From assembly GCA_002436025.1 (NCBI GenBank), contig DIXM01000002.1, positions 106,932 to 170,931 of the forward strand: a stretch of DNA of 64,000 nucleotides. Reading direction: 5' to 3'. The notes beneath the pieces were generated by a model, which saw nothing but the letters and a program-made list of their open reading frames with translations, searched no databases and was not told the origin of the DNA. Both the position numbers and the translations under genes were made by a program. Below are positions 10,021 to 20,013 of this stretch, piece by piece. The DNA is from a candidate division Hyd24-12 bacterium UBA6080 (GTDB lineage Bacteria; Fermentibacterota; Fermentibacteria; Fermentibacterales; JCC-6). The stretch's first letter is position 1. Every line of letters starts with the position of its first letter.

Positions 10021-11150
10021 TTAGACGAAAAGCCCAGGAACCAGTTCTGATCGTGATAGATGACATGAACGCGGGGGGGACGGAGCGCCAGGTTGTCGAA
10101 CTTTTAAAGGCTTACAGGGCTGAAGGGCAAAGACCGCTTGTACTTGCAGTGCTGAAGGACCGTGGCCAGAGACTGGCTGAAGCAATGTCATTTGCCAGCG
10201 CTGCTCGTGTTTTCAGCTACCGCAAGAGTCCAGCTGACTTCCTGTTGCCTTTCAGGCTTCTTGGCTTCATGAAGGAACACCGGGTGGGGATTGTATGCTG
10301 TTTCGGCCTTCTATCGGGTTTCTTCGGTCTTGTTGCAGGCAGACTGGCCGGGCTTCCAGTAGTGAATGCCTCGATCAGAAGCGCACCTCACTCTCTCTCA
10401 CGAAAAGACAGGATTAGCCGGATCCTCATGATGCTGGCCGATTTTCGAATCGCAAACTCGCATGCGGGATTAAAGGCGTTTCGAATGGAGAAAGTCCGTG
10501 GCTGCACCGTCATTCACAATGGAATCGATACAGAACGCTTCAGCTATTCCAAGGCTGAAGGGATTTCATACTCATGCTGCATGGTCGCCAACTTCACGAA
10601 GAACAAGGATCATGGATCCGCTGTAAAGGCATTCGCATTGATCAGAAAACGGTTACCTGAAAACCGCTTCGCATTTGTCGGCCGGGATGCTGGAACCCTT
10701 GAACCAACTGAAGCAATGGCAGAAAGTCTTGGTCTGTGTGGCGTGATCGATTACTTCACCGATTGTTCAGACCCGGCTGGCATTATAGCCGGAAGCAGCG
10801 TCGGGCTGCTGCTTAGTCCTGATGGGGAAGGGACATCCAATTCAATCCTTGAGTACATGGCTATGGGGCTTCCTGTTGTTGCCACCGATTGCGACGGCAA
10901 CCGCGAAACAATCATTGACGGAGCTACGGGGTTTCTGGTTCACAATGAGCCTGAAGGCATCGCTGAAAGGCTTCTCTTCCTCCTGGAAGATCCATCCAGG
11001 GCCCGCATGATCGGTGAAGCCGGGCGGGTAAGAGCAAGCGACGTTTTTGCGATGGATGTAATGACAAGGGCTTACGAGGCTGTGTTTGCGGAGACTCATG
11101 GCTTTCCGGGAAGCAGGAGGAGTTACCGGGCAGGATTCTTTGCGCCATGA
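10017..11150 (+). CDS. Glycosyltransferase family 4 (GT-B)
   Basis: The C-terminal 'EGTSNSILEYMAMGLPVVATDCDGNRETIIDGATGFLV' is a GT4 E-x7-E region. Confidence 0.85.
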   Translation: MIRRKAQEPVLIVIDDMNAGGTERQVVELLKAYRAEGQRPLVLAVLKDRGQRLAEAMSFASAARVFSYRKSPADFLLPFRLLGFMKEHRVGIVCCFGLLSGFFGLVAGRLAGLPVVNASIRSAPHSLSRKDRISRILMMLADFRIANSHAGLKAFRMEKVRGCTVIHNGIDTERFSYSKAEGISYSCCMVANFTKNKDHGSAVKAFALIRKRLPENRFAFVGRDAGTLEPTEAMAESLGLCGVIDYFTDCSDPAGIIAGSSVGLLLSPDGEGTSNSILEYMAMGLPVVATDCDGNRETIIDGATGFLVHNEPEGIAERLLFLLEDPSRARMIGEAGRVRASDVFAMDVMTRAYEAVFAETHGFPGSRRSYRAGFFAP

Positions 11151-12310
11151 CCCCAAAGGCATCTGTTCTTTTCATCACTCCTCTGACTCCACCGTTGGGC
11201 GGAGTTGCGATGCAGACCGAGCGATTCCTCGCAGCTGATGAGATAACCAGGCGATTCACGGTTTCCGTGCTTCGTTCCAACCCACGGAGAGAACAGGAGA
11301 ACCCTGGAGCAAACAAGACTGTCTCTCCCGGGATTGTTTTCTGGACAGCCGGATTCCTGTTGAGAGCCTTTGCCGTTGGTTTGAAAACCCCCCCCGAAGT
11401 GATCTATGTCGCCACATGCAACGATCTCAGTTTTTTCAGGAACATGGCCGCCGCCCTACTTGCCGCCCTGCCCCGCAGGGGCTCAATTGTGCTTCATTTC
11501 CACGCATGGCGTGGCGGGATCTGTGTTTCAGATGCTTCAGGACCTTCCTGCGGCAAGCTTTTCCGTTCTCTGGCTTCATGGCTTCTAAGAAGGGCATGGG
11601 GAGTCATCCATCTCACCAAGGCGATTGATGACAGTTTCAGAAGCGTTGGTCTGCGTGGTGCTGACTGGATTGTCCCCAATTGTGTTGAGATCGGTCCAAA
11701 GCCCGATCTCTCTGCTAAAGAACCCTGCTCAATTCTGTTCATTGGCCGCCTGACCATGGAGAAGGGCTTCTTTGACCTTCTTGATGCTCTTGAATCGCAA
11801 CGGCTGGACAGATTTGACTGGAGGCTTCATGTACTTGGCGGTTATCCTTCCCCAATGGTGCCTTCAGAGCTTGAGATAAAGCTTGCAAATCACAGGCAAA
11901 GTGAACGTATAAAAAGATATGGGGCGGTGGCTGGGGAAACCAAGGCGACCCTTCTCAGGAAGTGCTCCGTATTCGTTCTTCCCTCTTATGGAGAGGTGTT
12001 CCCGGTTGCCATAATTGAAGCAATGGCCGCCGGACAAGCAGTCATTGCCACCCCGGTTGGTGAAACCTGTGAAGTACCCGCTCCCGATGGATGGATATCG
12101 GTAAAACCAGGTGATACTGCTGGGTTGACCGATGCTATCGAGCAAATTCTGGCCGACTCGCACCTGCGGATGGAAATGGGCAGGAAAAACAGGTTGAAAG
12201 CAGAGGAAGAATACGATATCGGAATGCATGCGAGGCGGATTGCCGGGATTTTTTCGAGAGCCACAGAAAAGCGAGTTGAAGGCATCCAGTCTGCTCAATC
12301 AACCGAATGA
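11147..12310 (+). CDS. Glycosyltransferase family 4 (GT-B)
   Basis: The motif 'SYGEVFPVAIIEAMAAGQAVIATPVGE' is present, and the gene overlaps its neighbour in the 4-nt style typical of operons. Confidence 0.85.
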   Translation: MTPKASVLFITPLTPPLGGVAMQTERFLAADEITRRFTVSVLRSNPRREQENPGANKTVSPGIVFWTAGFLLRAFAVGLKTPPEVIYVATCNDLSFFRNMAAALLAALPRRGSIVLHFHAWRGGICVSDASGPSCGKLFRSLASWLLRRAWGVIHLTKAIDDSFRSVGLRGADWIVPNCVEIGPKPDLSAKEPCSILFIGRLTMEKGFFDLLDALESQRLDRFDWRLHVLGGYPSPMVPSELEIKLANHRQSERIKRYGAVAGETKATLLRKCSVFVLPSYGEVFPVAIIEAMAAGQAVIATPVGETCEVPAPDGWISVKPGDTAGLTDAIEQILADSHLRMEMGRKNRLKAEEEYDIGMHARRIAGIFSRATEKRVEGIQSAQSTE

Positions 12311-12315
12311 GCAGA

Positions 12316-13272
12316 TCACTGTCGTTGAAACTTGTTTTCGGTCCGGAAAAGGTTCGCAGCAGTTGTGCGCAGGCGGCTCATAAAGAGAAACGGCATCTGT
12401 GCTCTTTTTTTGCCAGAAGCCGCTGAACAGGCAATCAGCACTGCTGAGGAAAAGCAACCATTGAAAATGGCTTTCAGAAACAGTGAGAGGGTTTTCTTCC
12501 AGTTACCATGCATTGTACAGTAAAGTCCTGCATAGGCAATGATGTGGCTGTATCTGGAGTGATTCCATTTCCGGAGGGCTGTCATGTAATCGTTTTCATT
12601 GGTGAGTCGTGCGCAGAGCCTGGCCGTTGGCAGAAGGTCTTTCATCCGGGCTCCGCTACAAATCCTGTCATCACCTTCTGTGTGGTAGATCCGTAATCCG
12701 GTGTGAATGTAGTACCGTAAACACGATTTGCTTATTCTGAACCACAGGACTGCCTCACCTCCCCTTGCTTCCTCATCCAGTCTGAGATCGCCAAGAAGTG
12801 ATGTTCTTGTGATTCCCCAGTGTTCTCCTGAGAGTTTGCGCAAGAAGGTTTTCAGATCTACATACTGGTCTCGATCAAGGCCGGTACCGCTGAAGTTCCC
12901 GCTTACAGAGTCAATGCAGTTACATGTTACCGCTGATATGTCTTTATCAACTCGTTCGGGAACCGAAAGCAATACCTCAAGAGCGTTTGGGAGTGCTTCG
13001 TCGTCACTGCCAAGAAATGTGAACCAATCCCCGCGCATTTCATTCATGCCTGTGTTCAGGGCTGCAGTGACGCCCCTGTTTCGATCATGCCTGAACAGAC
13101 GAATTCTGCTGTCGGGATAGTTCCCTATCACTTCCAGGGTCGAGTCCGTGGAGCCGTCATCAACGACAACCGCCTCCCAATCCTCGAAGGTTTGTCGCTG
13201 CAGACTTGTCAGCGCTCTCCCCAGAAGGTGAGCTCTGTTGTAAGTTGGTATCACAATGCTGACCCTTGGCAT
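12316..13272 (-). CDS. Glycosyltransferase family 2 (GT-A)
   Basis: The N-terminus 'VSIVIPTYNRAHLLGRALTSLQRQTFEDWEAVVVDDGSTD' is the canonical GT2 signature. Confidence 0.85.
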   Translation of the reverse strand: MPRVSIVIPTYNRAHLLGRALTSLQRQTFEDWEAVVVDDGSTDSTLEVIGNYPDSRIRLFRHDRNRGVTAALNTGMNEMRGDWFTFLGSDDEALPNALEVLLSVPERVDKDISAVTCNCIDSVSGNFSGTGLDRDQYVDLKTFLRKLSGEHWGITRTSLLGDLRLDEEARGGEAVLWFRISKSCLRYYIHTGLRIYHTEGDDRICSGARMKDLLPTARLCARLTNENDYMTALRKWNHSRYSHIIAYAGLYCTMHGNWKKTLSLFLKAIFNGCFSSAVLIACSAASGKKRAQMPFLFMSRLRTTAANLFRTENKFQRQ

Positions 13273-13321
13273 TACAGCTCCCGGTGAGGGTTGCGGGATT
13301 GGCTCAAAACACCCATGGAGT

Positions 13322-14581
13322 TCACCCGATGCAATCGATCATTTCGAGGATTCTCCGTGACTCTGTCACGGCATTGAAGCTTTCAAGAGCCAGTTTTCTT
13401 CCCGCCACGCCAACAGCTTTTGATGCCTCCTGATCTGCGAGCACCGTGGTAAGCTTGTCGGCGAGTGAGCTGACTGAACCGGGTTCCACCAGGAACGCAT
13501 GCATCCCATCCTGAATGTAGAGTGGTATGTCTCCAACAGATGAGACAACGACTGGAATTCCTGTCATCAGGTATTCAGCAAGCTTAGTCGGGAAACCCGC
13601 AAGTGAAAAGAGCCCTGAACGCCTTGGCAGAACAAGGACATCGGCATTGGCCAATACACCAGGTATCCCGGTCCGTGGAACCGAGCCGGCAAAGTCGATT
13701 GCAACGTTTGGGGGAACACGCCCCCCCAGTTCCTTCAGATGCTTCGTCCTGTCAGTGGAAGATGACCCGCCGACGATCATCAGGCGGCATGAGAATCCGG
13801 AACGGCCAACGGCAGCTACTGCATCGATAAGATCCTCAACTTCACCAACATGCTCGAGATTTCCCAGATAAAGAATCAATGGCTCCGAGGCCATCCTGTG
13901 ATTGCTGGAGGACTCTGTCCGTTTAGTCATTTCATCGCCGGGGAACACGAAAATGGGCACGCGGAGTATCGGCCTGCCCTTGCGCAGGCAGGCGCGGAAG
14001 TGTGTCTGCAGAAAGGTGGAGATCACTATCAGACCGTCAAGCATTGGGCATAGAACTTTTCTGAGAACAATCTCATGCACTCTGCAAAGAATGGTCTGCT
14101 TTTTGGTGATGTACGGAAACTCAGTGTACTCGGCCACGAGCGATACATGTAGAAATAGTGACAACAACTTAAACAGCAATAATATGAATAAGTTATGAGG
14201 CGAGTAATAGTAGATGCAGCCAAGTTGCTTCCTGTTTCTGTAGATATGAGTCAATGCTCTCAGTACTCCGGCCAACTCTGATATCCTTCTTCTCAGAAAG
14301 GAGCTGTTTCTGACAGGATCTCCACAGGTATACCAGAAGGGAATACCCATCCACTGACCATGCGAATCGCGATTCATCGCAGTTTGAAAAGAGGACTCTG
14401 TTGAACGCATGCAAAGAATGTGAACGGAGACGTTGTTGTTTCTGAACCCTCGTGCCAGGGCTGATACCCTGACAGTGGCCCCGAATCCGTTCGGGAAACC
14501 GAAGTTTCTTCCTATGATAACTATGAGACGCCTGTCACCAGAGATGGATTTTTTCACCGGGGTGCCACCTTTGTTATCCAT
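13322..14581 (-). CDS. Glycosyltransferase family 4. The longest ORF begins at 14662 but overlaps asnB by 108 nt, so an internal Met at 14581 is the more likely start.
   Basis: The motif 'GFPTKLAEYLMTGIPVVVSSVGDIPLYIQDGMHAFLV' is present. An ATG at 14579-14581 gives a 27-nt overlap with the upstream gene. Confidence 0.75.
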   Translation of the reverse strand: MDNKGGTPVKKSISGDRRLIVIIGRNFGFPNGFGATVRVSALARGFRNNNVSVHILCMRSTESSFQTAMNRDSHGQWMGIPFWYTCGDPVRNSSFLRRRISELAGVLRALTHIYRNRKQLGCIYYYSPHNLFILLLFKLLSLFLHVSLVAEYTEFPYITKKQTILCRVHEIVLRKVLCPMLDGLIVISTFLQTHFRACLRKGRPILRVPIFVFPGDEMTKRTESSSNHRMASEPLILYLGNLEHVGEVEDLIDAVAAVGRSGFSCRLMIVGGSSSTDRTKHLKELGGRVPPNVAIDFAGSVPRTGIPGVLANADVLVLPRRSGLFSLAGFPTKLAEYLMTGIPVVVSSVGDIPLYIQDGMHAFLVEPGSVSSLADKLTTVLADQEASKAVGVAGRKLALESFNAVTESRRILEMIDCIG

Positions 14582-16422
14582 CGGGCGAGGCAGTAGATCT
14601 TCCAGATCTGTGCTTCCAACCCCTTTTGCGACCTGACGGAGGCGTCCAGCAGTCGCCTGCATCCACCAGCATTGAAGAAGCCCGTTGCAGCTGCGTCCTC
14701 GAAGGTTTCAGACAGAAGACCGTTCAAACCCTCTGTCAGCCACTGCTTCATGGGTATGGCAAACCCCTGTTTAGGGTGTTCAAGTACTCTTGAAGGAAGA
14801 AGATTCTTGACTACCTCCTTAAGGATCAGTTTCGTTTTAGACCCTTTTCTAAGAAAAGAATACGGAAGGTCCGCAACAAAACTCCCGAGTACATGATCAA
14901 GGAAAGGCATCCTGGTTTCAAGCGAAACGGCCATACTGCATCGATCAGCCTTCACGAGAAGGTCGTCGGGAAGGTAGGTTGCCTGGTCAATGAGATGGCT
15001 GGACTGCGGGGAAACGGCAACATACCTTGACTTCCAGGTTTCGCTTTTCTGAATCGCTTTCAGGCGGTCATGGAATTCAGATGAAAGACAGCCTGCAAGA
15101 AGGCCCCTTATCGGCGTGGATACGAGGGAAAGGTGGCGTTGTCTGGCTGGACTGCCGAGTCGTCGAATGAATCCTGCGCCCAACGATCCTTCCGGAATGA
15201 CAAGTGAACCAAGTGATCCGACCGATGCCCGGAGCAACTTGGGAATCCGGTCGATACGCTTCCAGTAATCCATGCTTCTATACCATCCGTAGCCTGCAAA
15301 AACCTCGTCTCCGCCTTCACCGGAAAGCGCCACTGTCACCTCCTGGCGGGCAAGACGACAGAGCTCAAGGGTTGGTATGCTTGAACTGTCGGCAAAAGGC
15401 TCGTCAAAGAGATCAACAGCCGTCTCGGCAACCTTCAGACAGTCGCTTATGGAAAGACGCTTTTCTATGTGCCTTGTACCGAATGTGGATGAAACGAGCC
15501 TGGCATATTCAAGTTCATCGAATGGCGCAGAGTCGAAACCGATTGAGAGTGTCGTGAGGTTGGAAAACCCCAACTCCGCAAGCAGTGCCACAATGACCGA
15601 GGAATCGATACCACCGCTTAAGAACACTCCCACAGGTACATCACTTCTCATGTGTACCTTCAGACTGTCCCGGAGGTGGATTTCCAGAACCTCCGCAGCC
15701 TCTTCAAAACTGCGAATCTGTTGTATCCCACTATGAACGGGTGTTTGGAACCCACCACTGAATTGAAGAACAGGTCTTCCAGATTCAGTGCCCCAGACTT
15801 CATAAGTGCCAGGCTGCATCTTGCGTATGCAGGAGTAGGCGGACAATCCTGAAGGGATGTAGCCAAGGTTGAGATAAGCGTCGAGTGCTTCGTAATCAAG
15901 CTCATCAGAATGCCAGGAAAGAGTCCTGAGTGCCCGTATCTCGGACGCAAATGCGAGTTTGCCTGCTGCTTCGGATACAAACAGAGGCTTCATTCCGAAT
16001 CTGTCGCGGGCCAGGACCATTCTGTTATCCAGAGTATCAATAATGGCGATTGCGAACATTCCTCTAAGGTGTTCGAAACAGGCTTCACCATGTTCTTCGT
16101 AGAGATGTGCAACAACCTCGGTATCGGATTGAGTGTGAAACTGATGGCCTTTTGTTTCCAGAGATGCTTTTAATTCAAGATAGTTGTATATTTCACCATT
16201 TAATATGACCCATATTCGCCCATTTTCATTAGATATAGGCTGATCACCAGTTTCAAGGTCGATAATCTTCAGCCTTCGCATCGCCATCCCGATACCCTGG
16301 CGAAAAAAATAGCCGCTTGAATCGGGTCCGCGATGAACGAGAGTGCAGATCATCTGCGAAAGGGTCTCCCGCAGTGTATTCTCAGAGAGGGATTTATCGA
16401 TCAGACCGGCGATTCCGCACAT
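14554..16422 (-). CDS. asnB: Asparagine synthetase (glutamine-hydrolysing) family amidotransferase, WbpS-like sugar-amidating type
   Basis: The N-terminal 'MCGIAGL' Ntn-Cys is present, as is the 'SGGIDSS' PP-loop. The product is 622 aa. Confidence 0.85.
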   Translation of the reverse strand: MCGIAGLIDKSLSENTLRETLSQMICTLVHRGPDSSGYFFRQGIGMAMRRLKIIDLETGDQPISNENGRIWVILNGEIYNYLELKASLETKGHQFHTQSDTEVVAHLYEEHGEACFEHLRGMFAIAIIDTLDNRMVLARDRFGMKPLFVSEAAGKLAFASEIRALRTLSWHSDELDYEALDAYLNLGYIPSGLSAYSCIRKMQPGTYEVWGTESGRPVLQFSGGFQTPVHSGIQQIRSFEEAAEVLEIHLRDSLKVHMRSDVPVGVFLSGGIDSSVIVALLAELGFSNLTTLSIGFDSAPFDELEYARLVSSTFGTRHIEKRLSISDCLKVAETAVDLFDEPFADSSSIPTLELCRLARQEVTVALSGEGGDEVFAGYGWYRSMDYWKRIDRIPKLLRASVGSLGSLVIPEGSLGAGFIRRLGSPARQRHLSLVSTPIRGLLAGCLSSEFHDRLKAIQKSETWKSRYVAVSPQSSHLIDQATYLPDDLLVKADRCSMAVSLETRMPFLDHVLGSFVADLPYSFLRKGSKTKLILKEVVKNLLPSRVLEHPKQGFAIPMKQWLTEGLNGLLSETFEDAAATGFFNAGGCRRLLDASVRSQKGLEAQIWKIYCLARWITKVAPR

Positions 16423-16614
16423 TGGTATTCTTTCATTTCATTGCCTGCATTACGACCCGCCTTGTCCCGGACAAACAACAGTTTTGAATAGCCAAAGCTT
16501 TTCAAATTCACTCCTGAACACTGTCAACCTTGCTGTCAGACGTCAAATCCTTCTGAAAGGCATTCGCGGCCCCGTTTTTTTGAATTTGGCCAATCAGATA
16601 TCGACTGACAGGGA

Positions 16615-17562
16615 TCATGGAGTTCGACAGCAAACTTCTATCCTTTCATTTCCACGAACGGCAAACACGTTGCCAGGGATGAAATGCGGCCAATCGAGGT
16701 TTTCGGGGATCGCATAATCCAGCTCATATCCTTTAAGATACAGATCGTTGAGAAGCTCGACATCGGCAGAGCCTGAGTCGTTGGCGGCCACCTTCTGAAC
16801 ACGGTTGATGGAGACTCCCACAAGAGTGGCATCAACGGGACTCATTCCGTGGTTGAACAGCCTGCGTCTGATCGCCACGAAGCACATGAAGCCTTCAAGG
16901 CTGTTCGGATTGGCGTACAGAACATGCTTTGCAGTCCTGAGAAAGGCTGACCGGGCGTAGACTGTCCCATCCACGGCAAAAGGGTAAACCCAGTGATGCT
17001 TCAATCTGCTGTCGTAGTAGTCCCAATGCAGTATGCCAGATGACTCAATAAGTTCAGGCGGAGCATCCCTGAGATTGGCGCCGACATACAGCCTGTAGGA
17101 TGATTCGAAAGGACGTGCTGAAATCGATTCAAGAACACTTGAAGGTATAATGGTGTGCCTGTAGAAAGCGCTGTCGTCAGTCATGAACATTACATGGCTT
17201 GCGTTTGAACTCTCAATCCGGTGTTCAAGAAGAGCCTTGAAGTCATCCCTGCCTTTTCGGAGAAAAGGGTATTTAGCGTACCAGAAGGCATTGCGGCCAT
17301 GGAACAGATGAGGGAGAACATCACTGAAGAATCCTTTTCCTCTTTCTCGTTCAAAAAAAGTCACGCCTTGCTCTTCAGTCCACTTCTGCCTCAGTCTGGA
17401 GTAGCTTTCCGCATGATGTCCGGTTGTGTGAAAGATGACATTGATGCTATGCCTGCCACATTCAAGCGAAAAGTGCTTTTTAACGCTTTGCAGCATTGCA
17501 TCAAGCTGCATTGCCCGATTAAATGAAAAAACGACGATCAGGAGGTCGTGCCTATCACTCAC
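16615..17562 (-). CDS. Hypothetical protein, possibly a GT-A-fold glycosyltransferase (DxD-like 'MFMTDDSAF')
   Basis: The N-terminus 'LLIVVFSFNRAMQLDAMLQS' resembles the GT-A N-terminal beta-strand/NRA motif. I recognise no firm family. Confidence 0.35.
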   Translation of the reverse strand: MSDRHDLLIVVFSFNRAMQLDAMLQSVKKHFSLECGRHSINVIFHTTGHHAESYSRLRQKWTEEQGVTFFERERGKGFFSDVLPHLFHGRNAFWYAKYPFLRKGRDDFKALLEHRIESSNASHVMFMTDDSAFYRHTIIPSSVLESISARPFESSYRLYVGANLRDAPPELIESSGILHWDYYDSRLKHHWVYPFAVDGTVYARSAFLRTAKHVLYANPNSLEGFMCFVAIRRRLFNHGMSPVDATLVGVSINRVQKVAANDSGSADVELLNDLYLKGYELDYAIPENLDWPHFIPGNVFAVRGNERIEVCCRTP

Positions 17563-17595
17563 TATTGCTCCTTATTGCCAGAAAAAAATCCCTCG

Positions 17596-18675
17596 TTAAT
17601 TGCATGGCGATCCAAAGGAGTTTCCCCGGCGCACATTACCGATAACATAGGCCAGAGTGTCGGTAACAGCAGCAACCCCTGTCTCATTCCAGTGTGAATC
17701 ATTATGGAAATCAAAATGAATGCCGCTTGCTGACTCTCGTTCTGCGGTGGACAGGGCTGGTCCAAGGTCCACAAAAACTAATCCCTGCCTTCCTTCGGAA
17801 ACCTGCAGCAAGGCAGAGGCTGCCGGAGTGAGGCCGGGTTCACCAGAAGTACTGGTCCCCCCACCGTTAAGGGGTATTGCAGCAAGTATGAAATAGTCAT
17901 CTGGTGCGTTCTTCAGCATTTCATCAAGAAGAAATTCAGCAACGCTCAGTGAAAGACTATCTACATGAGACTCGGGATTCTCTTCATTAACGGGGTTCGA
18001 ACCGATCCCCCCCTGCACGATTCCTCCAAACCCTGCGTTCAACCATAGATACCTTGCAACAGCGGAAAACCTCATAACCAGTTGGCCGTACGGATACTGA
18101 ACTGAATAGTGGTCGGGTAGCCTCATTGAAACACTGCTCTCCTCAACTTCCGCTCCGAAGTAATAGCTGTATCCATCCAGACACTGGGATACATCGGTTC
18201 CCTCCAGAAGGATAACGTAAACATCGGGGTTCCACCGCTCCTCAATGTATCCGGTAAGCGCGCAGTATTGCGCGAGTTGAGCCCCGGAGTGCCCGAAGCT
18301 GTACACATCTGCATTAGATAGCTTTGTTGACAGTCCAGCATCCAACCTGTCCTCGGCGTCAACTTGAAACCCTTCAACAAAGGAATCTCCAATGATGGCC
18401 ACCCGCAATCTTTCTAAATCAGTTCTGGGCTCATAGTCATAAACGCTCAACCATCCAGAACTGTTGATTCTCCATCTTCCACCAGGATGACAATAGCGGC
18501 CGTATGTGTAAAGCCCTGTTCGGGAAGAGCTTGTATCGAATGCGAAGATCAGTTCATCCTCCAACTGAATACTGCGCGGTCTTTCACAGGCATTAAGAAC
18601 AAACCGAAAAAAGACTTCAAGGATCAACACAGTGACAATGCCAAAGGTGATCAAACCTTTAAGAAAGTTCTTCAT
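17596..18675 (-). CDS. Membrane-anchored SGNH/GDSL-like hydrolase, AlgJ/AlgX-type polysaccharide O-acetylation partner (tentative)
   Basis: An N-terminal TM helix is followed by a 'VAIIGDSFVEGFQV' GDS(L) block. An MBOAT gene is present elsewhere in the locus. Confidence 0.5.
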   Translation of the reverse strand: MKNFLKGLITFGIVTVLILEVFFRFVLNACERPRSIQLEDELIFAFDTSSSRTGLYTYGRYCHPGGRWRINSSGWLSVYDYEPRTDLERLRVAIIGDSFVEGFQVDAEDRLDAGLSTKLSNADVYSFGHSGAQLAQYCALTGYIEERWNPDVYVILLEGTDVSQCLDGYSYYFGAEVEESSVSMRLPDHYSVQYPYGQLVMRFSAVARYLWLNAGFGGIVQGGIGSNPVNEENPESHVDSLSLSVAEFLLDEMLKNAPDDYFILAAIPLNGGGTSTSGEPGLTPAASALLQVSEGRQGLVFVDLGPALSTAERESASGIHFDFHNDSHWNETGVAAVTDTLAYVIGNVRRGNSFGSPCN

Positions 18676-18701
18676 GCGGTTGAGATCATGTTGGAGTCAT
18701 T

Positions 18702-20009
18702 TCAAGTGGAGTTTCCAAGGTGCTGCGGTTTGATGCGGGGCGAACTTCCTTCAATCAATCCTGCTGTTTGCCGAACCGGCTCATACCGAGACAGAAGAGC
18801 AGTCGCGAACGCTGTTCCCAGTATCAAGCTCAGGGGTGTCGAGGCGGAATCCGAATGCCCGTATCCATTTGAAAAGTGGGTAAGAAGCACGACCAGACTC
18901 CAGACAAGGCTGTGGACGGCAATCTTGCGCCTGGTTTTCCAGCACAGCACTATTGCCTCTATTCCGTACACTGCAAGCAGCGCGAACGGCAGAAACAAAA
19001 TCATCCCACCGTCAAGAAGCATCGATGCAAAATAGTTATGAAGCCTCTGGGCCTGGCTGGGAACACCAGGAACGCCGTCTGTATTGTATGAGAACACAGT
19101 TCCCACAAACGGGGAGCGAACAAAAACCACCGAAGCATCCTGCCACCAACTCAATCGTTCCTGAGCGGTTTTTTCGCGGAATGAAAAGCCCCGCAACACA
19201 TCGGCGGGGCCTCGGTAGTTGTAAGGGTTTGTTTCCTGGAAGGTAGGTGAGATCCTGCTCCAGAATGGACCAACAACAAGAAGCGACACAAGAACAAATG
19301 TGACTGCGCTCCGCATTGATGCTTTTCGTGGGCTGCCGAAAAGAATGATTCCCACACATAGAACAAGGATCATCGATGCTCCCCGCAATGCTCCGTAAAT
19401 AGGAAGCAAAGCAGTGGCGCCCATAATTATAGACATCCAGATTGCTTTTCGGAACTTCGGCCGTTCAGAAAGGAGCTGGTACTGGAGTCCTGAGACGACA
19501 ATTATGCACAGGGCTGCCAGGTAAGCGTTGTGGAAGTAACTTGGCGATAGTTGCCCCACACTTAAATTCATGAACAGATAGCCCAAAACAAAAACCAAAG
19601 CAAAGCGAAAAAGACTTTTCTCAAGCCATGCTCCAAGACCTGAAGCAACCATGGCAACAGCTATGATCATGAGAATTGGAACTTTGAGATACGGCCAGAC
19701 CTGCAGCCAGACATCCAGGATGGGGGGCAGGGAAGACACCGGCGGGCGCATGGAGATAGCAGCTGCGTAAAAAAGGCAGATGACCATCTGAAGAAGACAG
19801 ACCTTCACAAATTTAACCGCTTTTTGATTAATGCCTTTGGTCGATGCAACGCGCATTGATGGGAAGAATAGAAAAACAAGCAGTATGCTTGAAGGGTGAA
19901 AACTGACTAAAGAATGCCAATTACCAAATAGTAAGTCAGCTAATATAGTTATACATACTGTTACAATACCAATTTTTAGTGTCAGACGTATTGCTTGTGA
20001 TGATTTCAC
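18702..20009 (-). CDS. Polytopic membrane protein, O-antigen polymerase (Wzy) / O-antigen ligase (WaaL)-like
   Basis: The ~435-aa product has about 10 or more predicted TM segments and a locally AT-rich 5' end, as is typical for wzy genes. It sits within the glycan locus. Confidence 0.55.
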   Translation of the reverse strand: MKSSQAIRLTLKIGIVTVCITILADLLFGNWHSLVSFHPSSILLVFLFFPSMRVASTKGINQKAVKFVKVCLLQMVICLFYAAAISMRPPVSSLPPILDVWLQVWPYLKVPILMIIAVAMVASGLGAWLEKSLFRFALVFVLGYLFMNLSVGQLSPSYFHNAYLAALCIIVVSGLQYQLLSERPKFRKAIWMSIIMGATALLPIYGALRGASMILVLCVGIILFGSPRKASMRSAVTFVLVSLLVVGPFWSRISPTFQETNPYNYRGPADVLRGFSFREKTAQERLSWWQDASVVFVRSPFVGTVFSYNTDGVPGVPSQAQRLHNYFASMLLDGGMILFLPFALLAVYGIEAIVLCWKTRRKIAVHSLVWSLVVLLTHFSNGYGHSDSASTPLSLILGTAFATALLSRYEPVRQTAGLIEGSSPRIKPQHLGNST

Positions 20010-20013
20010 GCGA

